DNA of 62,992 bases, the filler included, from Chiloscyllium plagiosum (taxonomy: Eukaryota), in assembly GCF_004010195.1 (NCBI RefSeq). It is 3 parts of one record of this genome, joined end to end, with 100 filler letters (N's around TTAATTAATTAA, not from the genome) between each part and the next. Parts side by side here need not be neighbours in the genome. Positions count along the whole stretch, not along the records: positions 22,493 to 53,054 come from NC_057710.1; 2 more parts are not named here. One strand, written 5' to 3'. Positions 24,673 to 35,010 of the stretch are shown here, in pieces. Below the pieces are notes generated by a model. It saw only the letters and a program-made list of their open reading frames with translations. It ran no database searches and was not told the DNA's origin. Position 1 is the first letter of the stretch. Each line of letters starts with the position of its first letter. A program made the position numbers and the translations under genes.

Positions 24673-25385
24673 ATTCCAAAATGGTGACAGAATAGGACTT
24701 CTCAGCCAGAGCTCAGCAGCTTCATCCATTTCTTTTCTTTTTTTTTCCTCCTTAGTGTTTTTTTTTCCTTTTTTCTCCTCAGCGATGTTGCGAACACCTA
24801 GCCTCAGTGTGGATTCGGACTCTCGGCCTCAGCACGGACCAGCATGGACTCCTCTTGGCCCAGCATAATGGTCTCCCAGCCTGGTGGAGTATCTTCTTGG
24901 CCCAGCGTGGTGGTCCCTCGGCTTGGTGTGGCATCCTCTTGGCTCAGCATGGCAGTCTCTCGGCTTTGGTGTGGCATCCTATTGGCCCAGCGTGATGGTC
25001 TCTCAGCAGCCCAAGTGGTGGTCTCCTGATATTGCTGTCTTTCTGCCCAGCCTTGCGATGTTTCCAGAATGGTCTGCAGCTTTGAGAGCCTCAAGTTGAA
25101 GCCTGAACTGATGTGGAGTTAAAGCCCAGAGCAGACTAGAGCTAGGTGCCGAAGTGGACTGGGTTGGATGCACTGTTATTCTGAACTGTTTACTTCTTTA
25201 CTTTTCCAATTTATTCCTATGATCTGTAATGCTGGGCTTTATTTCTTGACTTTTCTAATTTATTTTTCCCTCAGAATTTGTACTTCAGTACCTTTGTACC
25301 TCAGATGGTGCCGTAAGTGGCCAGAATAAAATTTTCACGATACTCATTTGAGTGCATGTGACAATAAAGCCAGTTCTGATTCTAA
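24673..25385 (+). mobile_element. Non-coding element with Rex1-like tail and internal minisatellite (putative non-autonomous retroposon)
   Basis: 5' ccaaaatggtgac...gagctc, pyrimidine tract, 42-bp repeats, and 3' ttttcacgatactcatttgagtgcatgtgacaataaa resembling the Rex1 tail. Confidence 0.5.
24851..25007 (+). repeat. 42-bp tandem repeat, about 3.7 copies
   Basis: Units start at 24851, 24893, 24935 and 24978; consensus about cctcttggcccagcgtgrtggtctctcggcttggtgtggcat. Confidence 0.9.
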
Positions 25386-25754
25386 ATAGAAAACTGTCCC
25401 TAATACAGTTTTAACTGACAACTCCAGTTAGAAAAGTATAGAGAGCCTGTTTGGATAAATGGAAAATTCTCACATTGGTTCCACATGAGACTATCTCGGA
25501 TATTTTCATTACTCACCCTGCTCTCTGCTGGAGTGGTCCAGTTCCTGTGAAGGTTTGGTTAATGGACAGGTAACTCAGAATAGGGACAAACATGCCACTT
25601 TGAAGTTGAGTGCAGCAAGTGGAAGGTTTAGTTTTGGAGATTCAGCTACTTACATATCATTTTCCTTCTAGAGTCAGAAAACTCACATCAGGATTGTTTT
25701 TGTGCTCCGATCCTGCCCCCATGAGAAGCTGTTAAAACCACCTGTTTATATTTT

Positions 25755-26000
25755 TAAAAGACATTTCTGGAATGGCAACTTCGCTGGCAGCATATATTGC
25801 CCATCCCTAATTGCCCTTGAGAATGTGATGGTTGGATTCCTAGTTTTTGCTCTGCTTTTGTAGACACAGTATTTATATGGTCAGTGCAGTCAGCTTTTGC
25901 TCAATGTTAACAGGTAACATGTTGATAGTGAGGGATTCAACATTGACAATTCCATTGAATGTCAAACGGTGATGGTTGGACTCCATCTTGAGATGGGGAT
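25755..26000 (-). mobile_element. CR1/L2-group LINE 3' fragments with internal deletion
   Basis: cagcatatattgcccatccctaattgcccttgagaatgtgatgg and gttgatagtgagggattca...ccattgaatgtcaa match 26820-26870 and 27385-27430. Confidence 0.7.
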
Positions 26001-26781
26001 TTTTAGAGGTTGGGCTGGGCAGGAGTTAACAGCCATGGGGATGGTGTGGCAACACTCACTGCGCTGAGCACCTGTCAGCACTGATACATGCAACTTCTTA
26101 CATCAACAAACTGTCGACATTGTCCATTAATGCCAGCAGTGCATTATCACCTTCTGTTTTGCCCCTCGTAGGAGAAATGGGTTCACAATGCCCACACACA
26201 AAGAGAAAGGCCCTTCAGGAGATCTATTCACCATGGAGATCATCAGGGTTTCTGACTATGGGCAGATCCGGGAAAGGGAGATGTGCATTCTGGTGGAGTA
26301 GAAACTGAAATAAAAGGCTAAAAATAGTATATCAGCCCATGTAATAGCATGCCAAAGTCTCAGCTGCATTTAGAAGATTAACTTTGCAAGGATTTTGCTC
26401 ACAAGCACTTTTGATGTAAGTCGTAGATTTAATCATTAAGGTTTAAGGACTGCACATGATCAAGCATTGCCAGAGAAGTCACCAGGCCAAGAGTCATCAC
26501 ACTATACAAGCTCATCACACGTCAGCTAAGATTCTGTCACGTCAGTGGCTCTTTGGGAGTGTACAGATGGACTGACACTGCATGATGAGCATATTGGGAG
26601 TCAGAAGAAGCTCGCAGAGCAGACACAGCTGTTATCAGACACTATCAGTAAATGGAAGACAGAAACAACCAAACTCTCCTAAGCAGTGATGCAGAGTGTC
26701 AAGGGTCACAGGAAAGTAAGAAGCACATAAATATGAAAGCATTTGGATGTGTTCCCACATCAGTGTTCCCTGATGTAATTC

Positions 26782-27662
26782 TTTTTTATTCACTCCTAGG
26801 ATGTGAGCATCACTGGCTGGGCTAGCATTCATTGCCCACCCTGAGTGGCCCTTGAGAAGGTGGTGGGGAGCTGTCTTTTTGAACCGTTGCAATCCATGTG
26901 CTGTAGATACACCCACAATGTAGAAAGGCAATTCCAGGAGTTTGACTTAACACTGAAGGAACACCGATATATTTCCAGGTCAGAATGGTGAGTAGCTTGG
27001 AAGCGGTCTTGCAGGTGGTGGCATTCCCATGTATCTGCTGTCCTTATCCTTCAAGATGATAGCATCCTTTAGATAGTAAACATCACTGCTACTGAGTGTT
27101 CATGGTGGAGAGAGTGGATGTCCGTGGATATGGTGCCTAGTAGGTGGGTTGCTTGGTCCTGGATGGTGCCAAGCTTCTTCAGTGTTGTCGAAGGTTCACT
27201 CATGCAGGCAAGTGAGGAGTATTACATCACACTATTGACTTGTATGTTGTTGATGGTGGACTTGTTTCGAGGAGTTAGGGGGTGAGTTACTCACTGCAGT
27301 ATTCCTAGCCTCTGACCTGCTCTTGTATCCACTGTGTTTACATGGAGAATCCGCTTGAGTTCCTGGTCAATGGTAACTCTCAGGATATTGATAGTGGGGG
27401 ATTCAGTGATGGTAACAACATTGAATGTCAAGTGATGATAATTATGTTGTCTCTTCTGGGAAACCATCATTGTCTGGCATTTATGTGGTGCAAATGTGAT
27501 TTGCCACTTGTCAGCCCAAGCCTGGATGTTGTCCAGATCTTATTGTATTTGAACATGGACTGCTTCGGTATCTGAGGGAGTTGTGAATGGTGCTGAATAT
27601 TGTGCAATCAGCAGCGAACATTCTCACCTCTGACTTTATGACAGAGGTAAGGTCATAGAGAA
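26782..27662 (-). mobile_element. CR1/L2-group LINE (second family) RT C-terminus to poly-A tail
   Basis: Minus frame YDLTSVIKSEVRMFAADCTIFSTI (INDL...FADD motif); 3' end GLQRFKKTAPHHLLKG...gatgctcacatcctaggagtgaataaaaaag. Confidence 0.85.
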
Positions 27663-28102
27663 TTGGCTTCACCTTTTCATGACCAAATGGCAATCTTTTA
27701 TTTTGTTACTGATTTAAATTTAAGAACAAATACTATATAAATAAACATTCTAACATTTGACCTCAACCTGGGTAATATGCAATTTGCATTGGGAATTTAG
27801 TAGAATGGGAACGTCATACAGAATTTTGCACAGTAAGCATATGTGTATTTCTGCAATATAAGCTTTGCCACTGGGGGAGATAGTAGAAGCAGAATAGCTT
27901 TACTTGAAGCTGCAAACTCTGCTATTCTCTGACTGAGTGATTCTTTCCAAAGTCCCAGCTTTCGATTTTCATGTGTCTCGATAAAACGTTTCTGTAAACA
28001 CTCCTAAAAGCAGTCTTTGTGTGGCAAATGCAGGATTGGTAACATAGTCCTGATATGGATCTCCTGCACTTTATTCACTGGCTAGGCTTGCTCCCCAATG
28101 AA

Positions 28103-28872
28103 GGTGAAAGTGAGGACTGCAGATGCTGGAGATTGTAGTCGAGTGTGTGGGGCTGGAAAAGCACAGCAGATCAAGCAGCATGCAAGGAGCAGGAGAATTA
28201 ACATTTCAGGCAAAAGCCCTTCATCAGGAATGAGGCTTGCGAGCTGAGGAGGTAGAGGGATAAGTGGGAGGGGGATGGGGTTGGGGAGGAAGGTAGCAGA
28301 GAGTGCGATAGGTAGATGGAGGTGGGGGTAGGGGTCAGAGAGGAGGGTGGAGCATAGAGTTGGGAAGGAAGATGGACAGGTAAGACAGGTCATGAGGGCA
28401 GTGCTGAGTTGGAAGGTTGGAACTGGGAAAGGTGGGGGATGGGGAAATGAGGAAACTGGTGAAATCCACACTGATGCCTTCTGTTTTTTTTAGATTAGAT
28501 TCCCCACAGTATGGAAACAGGTCCTTCGGCCCAACAAATCCACACCGACCCTCCAAAGAGTAACCCATCCAGACCAAATCCCCTAGCCTATCTTTAGCCC
28601 TGACTAATGCACCTAACACTATAGGCAATTTAGCATGTCCAATTCACCTGTCCTGTACATCTTTGGATTGTAGGAGGAAACTGGAGCACCCAGAAGAAAC
28701 ACACGCAGACACGGGGAGAATGTGCAAACTCCACACAGACAGTCACCCAAAGCAGGAATCAAACCCAGGTCCCTAATGCTGTGAGGCAGCAGTGCTAATC
28801 ACTGAGCCACTGTGTGGAGGGTTCCAAGGTGGAAGATGAGGCGTTCTTCCTCAAGGCGTTGAGCGGTTGGGG
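28103..28872 (-). mobile_element. Inverted PLE pseudo-LTR and ORF end (interrupted by HE1)
   Basis: Reverse complement of 29620-29990. Contains hammerhead motif ATTC-CTGATGA-AGGGC-TTTT-GCCT-GAAAT-GTT at 28196-28231 and the terminus ctccagcatctgcagtcctcactttc. Confidence 0.85.
28491..28812 (-). mobile_element. HE1-type V-SINE, full length
   Basis: Reverse complement begins gtggctcagtgattagcactgctgcctcacagc, includes the V-domain and ends (taatc)n; similar to 17049-17372. Confidence 0.93.
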
Positions 28873-28884
28873 GTGGAGATGGAG

Positions 28885-29995
28885 TACCTGGACTACACCT
28901 CCTCTCACCCTGCCTCCTGTAAAGACACTATCTCTTATTCCCAATTCATCCACCTCCGCCACATCTGCTCCCAGGACGACCGATTCCATGACAGAATACT
29001 CCAGAAGGCCTCCTTCTTTAAAGAGCGCAATTCTCCCTCCCACTTGGTTGATGATGCCCTCCAGCGCATCTCATTCACTTCCTACCACTACAACCACATC
29101 AAGGACAGAATCCCGGTCCTCACCTTACATCCCACCAACCTCCATATACATTGCATCATCCTCTACCATTTCCACCATCTACAAACAGACCCTACCATCA
29201 GAAATATATTTCCCTCCCCACCCCATCTGCTTTTTGTAAAGCCTATTTCCTCTGCGACTCCCTTGTCAGGGCCACACCCCCCACCAACCTACCCTCCCAT
29301 CTTGGCACCTTCCCTTGCCACGGCAGGAATTGTGAAACCTGTGCCCACACCTCCCCCCTCACCACTGTCCAAGGCCCCAAAGGAGCCTTGCATATCCATC
29401 AGTGTTTTACTTGCACTTTCACACATGTCATTTACTGTATCCATTGCTGCCGATATGGTCCCTTTACATTGGGGTGACAAGACACCTACTTGCAGAACGC
29501 TTCAGAGAACATCTCTGCGACACCCGCACCAACCAGCTCACCACCCTGTGGCCGAACACTTCAACTCGTCTTCCCACTCAGCCAAGGACATGCAGGTCCT
29601 GGGCCTACTCCAGCGCCACTCCCTAACCACCTGACGCCTGGAAGAAGAACGCCTCATCTTCCGCCTTGGGACCCTCCAACCACATGGCATCAATGCGAAT
29701 TTCATCAGTTTCCTCATTTCCCCTCACCCCACCTTGTCCCAGTTCCAACCTTCTAACTCAGCACCGCCCTCATGAACTGTCCTCCCTGCCAATCTTCCTT
29801 CCCACCTATCCGCTCCACACTCCTTTTTGACCTATCACCACCATTTCCCCCATCTCTATCTACATATCACACTCCCAGCTACCTTCCTCCCAGCCCCAAT
29901 GCCCTCCTATTTATCTCTCCATCCCCTCGGCTCACGGCCTCATTCCTGATGAAGGGATTTTGCCTGAAAAATTGATTTTTTGCTCCTCAATGAAG
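28885..29995 (+). mobile_element. Penelope-like element: RT thumb, GIY-YIG endonuclease, pseudo-LTR
   Basis: YLDYTSSHPASCKDTISYSQFIHLRHICS...RIPVLTLHP; GTFPCHGRNCETC; FTCTFTHVIYCIHCCRYG / LYIGVTRHLLAERFREHL; PVAEHFNSSSHSAKDMQVLGL; decayed hammerhead at 29942-29977. Confidence 0.92.
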
Positions 29996-30620
29996 TTGAA
30001 CTTGCATGGCATGGAAAGATCTATCTAACTATTTAAGTGACTCCCCTTCACTACGTTGCTGTCAGTACATCAGGTCTACAGTCAACCTCAGGCTGTCTGC
30101 ATTAAGCAGCTGGATGTTCTCTGAGCCTATACATAATTCATTAGCTGGATATGAAATGCTTTGTCCACTGGAAGTTTGAGAGACTATTTGAAAATGTGAC
30201 AAACTGCACTGTGCCCACAACAGGCAGTAATTACATCAATTTGGTATGAGCATACTAAGACACACACATAAACATTTCTGACGCTTGTATCTTGTTTTAA
30301 AAGGTATGGAGTATAAATATGGTCTAAACATGGTGGTCTATGTTCATTCAGGATTACTTTTACTTCTTATCTTAGTAACCAAATATCACACCCTCTTAAT
30401 GGTAGTTTTTCAAATTTAGTTGTAACTTCATATCATCTACCATGATTGACACATCTCATTCCATAAAACTTGCTACGTAAATTCCACGTACTTCAATTCC
30501 TCACAGAGACTGTACACCAGATAGATATCAATAAACAGGGTCAGTTGTCTCATTTTAGGGTCATCCATCCAGACAACTGCTGAGGAAATTTCCTATCGGA
30601 CAACCAAAGGATTTTCTTTT

Positions 30621-30860
30621 AAAAAAATGAAACAACTGCAGATGCTTGAAATCAGAAACAAAAATCAGAAATTGCTGGAAAATCTCAGCAGGTCTGGCAG
30701 CATCCATGGAGAGAAATCAGAGTTAATGTTTCGGGTCCAGTGACCTTCCTCAGAACAGAAGATTCTGAAAGAAGGTTCTCTGGACCCAAAACATTAACTC
30801 TGATCTATCTCTACAAATGCTCCAGACCTGCTGAGATTTTCCAGCAATTTCTGTTTTTGT
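30621..30860. mobile_element. Palindromic PLE pseudo-LTR element (hairpin, about 98-bp arms)
   Basis: 30658-30755 is the reverse complement of 30763-30860. Minus-strand hammerhead motif GTT-CTGAGGA-AGGTC-ACTG-GACCC-GAAAC-ATT-AAC at 30722-30756. Similar flanks aaaggattttctttt and aagggatttttatttt. Confidence 0.85.
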
Positions 30861-31512
30861 AAGGGATTTTTATTTTGTCTTTTGATTTATCAGAACAGGG
30901 GCCTGCATTCCACATGTGAATATTAAAAATGCAATCATAAATTAATTTCAAATTAATTTTGAAGGCTAAAACTTGCATCATCCAATCCTGGACTTCATCG
31001 TGGGTGTTGATCTCTCTCTATGCCATCAGTTGTCAATGCATCTTTTGTCTGGCTGAATTTGCAACTGCCTTGCTATATTGCCATAGTGTAGTTTGAAATA
31101 ATAGCTGCATTTTATCATCAGTGGGTAACAGCACTCTCCATTCATCTTGCTGACAGCTGCCAAGGATGTTTCTGCAGAACTTCAGAGGCAACACTCAGGA
31201 CTTGTCAGGTTGGGAGGATAGAAGTTGAGGTCATTAATGGAAGGAGTGTTCTGGAGAGAAATTGGATAAGGTCAAAAATTGCAAGATCCAATTACCCCAT
31301 TCTTGATTCTGTTGCAGAGATAGAGCATGGTTCCTAATCCAAATGATTTCGGTTTGCAGTCTTACATAGAGTGCTCTGTTAATTGAAAGCATTTCCAACA
31401 CAGGACCAATGGCATCAGTGGTGAGTGCAAACCTCTGCCAGTCTGGGCTTCTGACAGGGGAACTGGACTGATATAACCTGTTCCTGGGAAGGCTTGGCTG
31501 GAAGGAAAATTA

Positions 31513-33050
31513 ATGCAGAGACTGGTAGAAAGAAATTGCTCCAAGATTTTCTGATATAGCCATATGTGCTTCTTTGATGAAGGTGTAAGTAGTGAGGTTG
31601 ACATGTTCCTGAAGGAGGCAAGAAGTTCTCAAAGTCCTGAACCACAAAAAGGTTGGGACACTCGGACTAGTGGGCTTACCGATCAGTTTCTAAAGTCTGG
31701 TGCCAGAAAAAGTGCAACAAATTCCACATGTAGCCATGTATTACACTGCCCCCTGTGCCAATAATGCACCACGACTCCATCACTCAGGGCATATGTGCAA
31801 CCTTCCGATACTGCACATTACCGTCACACACTTATCACTGTTACTCCCCTCCCACTCACTAATTAAATGGTCCACACATCTTCAGGTGTTCAGCTGTGTG
31901 GCAGGCACATTAACAAGCACACTGACTGACATTCTGCCATCTCTCTTACAGGACAAGGTGGCCCGAAACAACTAGGAGTGGCAAAGAACTCATAGAGTGC
32001 AAGTATAACTGCATTGAGAGAGCCTTCTGTAAGGGATGGTAGTTCATGTCATGAGGTTGACTCTGCTTGAAATGGTTACATCAGGGCATCACTGAGAACA
32101 TTCAGGACAAGGTTATGGCACTGCCTTACACCTCTTCTTAACTGCCACCTCATCTGTAATCTGGCATGATGTGCAAATTGCCAATGGTATGAACAAAGAC
32201 CTATTGCTTCTTGCCCTCACCCCTTGTTCCCATTCTGGATTTCTGCTGTTAGACACGCAAGAACTACTGTCTGTCCAGCCACTCTGACTCGGCATAAAGA
32301 GCAAGGGCTACACCACAGCCTTGAGGAAAATGTCACCCACACTTGTTCTGACACCTCCAGATGCCAACACAAGTACTAGCAAGCATGGACTTTGTAGGTT
32401 AGTATAGAGTCAAGATCAGCATATTGTGAGTTACTGGGCTTGAGTGAGCTTTAATACTCCAAAGAGAAAGGGAAGTTTGCAAATCCAGCTAATTGGAGGT
32501 GACATCACAGAAGTGTCAGTTGCAGAGAGCTCAGATGAGGACTGCGAGTGGGCATCAGACAGGAACAAGCTCAAGAGCATTTGCACTAAAATTCATGGCA
32601 CACTGACAGGTCTGCTTTAAGCCTCTGGTCACTCTCAAAGAAATGCAACTATCTAACTCCAACCTAGCACAAGGCTTCACACAGAGTTTAGAGCACAGCC
32701 TCTCCACTGCAGAAATGTTGGCCAATGCCATTAAACCACTTGCGTACACATTAATGCTGCAATATCAGGTCGACAATGCTTCATCTTTCATGACAGCACA
32801 GGCAGAAACCATTAAATATCTGAGGACAAGAAACAAGCTCAGGTTGAGGGTCATGAGATCCATTTTTGTCACCTTGTAGATTCAGACAGATATCATCATT
32901 CTGGTGGATAGCAGAGCCATCACGGCAGTGCAGCAATCTACACTCTAACAGGATGCCAGGATAACTGAGAAATTTCCTTGAATGAGGGACAATGACTCCT
33001 TCGTGAATGTACCTACTTCCTACTCTCAAAATGATGCCTCCATCACCCAA
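31513..33050 (+). mobile_element. Decayed Myb/SANT-like gene, probably from a PIF/Harbinger transposon
   Basis: APRFSD at 31538-31555, WCQKKCNKF from 31698, then acceptor ctctcttacag followed by DKVARNN*EWQRT at 31952. This order fits Harbinger Myb/SANT ORFs. The right boundary is a guess. Confidence 0.5.
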
Positions 33051-34714
33051 CAATTCTCTTGCTATTGTCTCTCAGCAGGTAGGGACTATGGGAAAACTTG
33101 TGATGTGTGTGACAGGTAAAATGTGGGCGGTTTTGGATCCACAAGACATTCAGGATGGTCACATCAGCATGAATTGCCAGAGCATAGCAGTCCTTAAACA
33201 ACGTGTTGCTGATTTGGAGCAGCGACTCTCCTCACCCTGCACCGTACAGGAAGGAAAGAGATTCCTGGTCAGTTGTACCAGAGAGTGGTCATTTCACATT
33301 GTGATAGACAGATGAGGCAAAGTGCAGAGATGACAGGTAAGTGAGTGACCAATCGCAGAAAAGAAAGAAGATAGCAGGTCCAAGAAACTCAGGACTCCTT
33401 GGAGCTATCTGATAAGTGTGAAATTTTAGATGCATATTTTATGAGCAACATGATTGAGTTGGGGGTGGGTGGCTTGAGGGAAAGCCACAATACCATGGTG
33501 GCTAAGACTATTCTGGGAAAAGAGCCGAAGGCTGGTCGGAGATGAGTAAGTTGGTAGTAGTGGGTGACTCAATAGTTGAAGGATAGACAGTCTAGGTCAC
33601 AGCTGAGATTGTGAATCCTGTATGATCTGTTACATCCTTGGTGTAAGTGTTTGAAATAAAATGGAACACCTAGATAAACCTCTGGAAATGAAGGGTGACA
33701 AACAGTGGTCATGGTGCATATTGGAACTAACAACATCAGAAGAGATATTTTGGAGGACATGTAGGATCAGTTTCACAAGTTAGGAAGTAGTTTGAAATGA
33801 ACGACCTTCCAGGTAGTAATCTCAATCTCATGAGCCTCACCATTCAGGTAAACGTAGGTCAGGGAGGTAAATGTGTGGCTTGTCAGATGGTGTAGAATGG
33901 AAGGGTTTAGATTTTTGGGATATTGGGGTCACTTTTGGGAAAGGAGAAAGCTCTTCAGAAGAGATGGTCTTTACCTGAGCACAAGAGGAACTAATGTCCT
34001 GGCTGAAAGAGTAAATACTGGACTGAGGGTGGATTTAAACTTATAAAGCAGGCGTGGGTTGACTAAAGGGCCTACTTTTGATAGCACCAAAGAAGGTAAA
34101 AGTGAAAAGATTGGGAATGGGTAAATGGAAGAGAGGGAAGGCTTGAGTGTTGACAGTGAGCAAAGAAATAGTCTTCCAGTGGGCAAGAAAGAGACAAGAG
34201 TAGGGTTAAATTGTATGTGTGTAAATGTAAGGAGTATAGTGAACACAACTGGGGAAATGGAAGCTGAAATTGTTCTAGAAGGATGGGACATAGTAACGTT
34301 GACTGAAAAATGGTGTAAGAATAGGACTGAATACTTAACATTCAAGGTTAAAAACCTTTTAATAGAAACATGTTAGGTAGAAAGGGAGGAGATGTAGCAG
34401 TCTTGGTTGAAAATAATATCATTGCCATTGAATAAGATGCAATTCCTGAATTAGAATCTATATGGCTGGATTTGAGAAATAAGAAGTGCTAACTTTTTTG
34501 GATATTTATTATAAACATCCAAATAGAGGGGAGGAACTCAAAGACAGTATTTGTAGGCAGATTGCGAAAATCTGCAAGACAAGTAGGATTGTGATAGTTG
34601 ATGATTTCAATTATTCAGGGTAGACTGGGCAAAAGGTGGAGCGTGGAGCATGGAAGAGAAGAAATTCCTGTAAAATGTGCAGGAAAATGTTCAGCAACAA
34701 TACATTTTTGTCCT

Positions 34715-34795
34715 AGGCGAAAGTGAGGATTGCAGATGCTGGAGATCAGAGTCAAGATGAGTGTGGTGCTGGAAAAGTGCAGCAGGTCAGGCAGA
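34715..34795 (-). mobile_element. PLE pseudo-LTR terminal fragment
   Basis: aggcgaaagtgaggattgcagatgctggagatcagagtcaagatgagtgtggtgctggaaaagtgcagcaggtcaggcag, the reverse complement of 59572-59653. Confidence 0.8.
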
Positions 34796-34796
34796 T

Positions 34797-35010
34797 TTTA
34801 GAACATAGAACATCGAACAATACAGCGCAGAACAGGCCCTTCGGCCCTCGATGTTGCGCCGACCTGTGAACTATTCTCAGCTCATCCCCCTACACTATCC
34901 CAAAATCATCCATGTGCTTATCTAAGGATTGTTTAAATCTCCCTAATGTGGTTGAGTTGACTACATTAGCAGGTAGGGCATTCCATGCCCTTACCACTCT
35001 CTGCATAAAG
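34797..35010 (-). mobile_element. Young CR1 3' end
   Basis: Minus frame QRVVRAWNALPANVV...FKQSLDKHMD; tail gggccgaagggcctgttctgcgctgtattgttcgatgttctatgttcta. Confidence 0.9.

Noticed and set aside
24851..25007. Regularly spaced repeats suggestive of a CRISPR array
   Set aside because: Units are contiguous tandem copies with no unique spacers, no cas genes are present, and the context is vertebrate.
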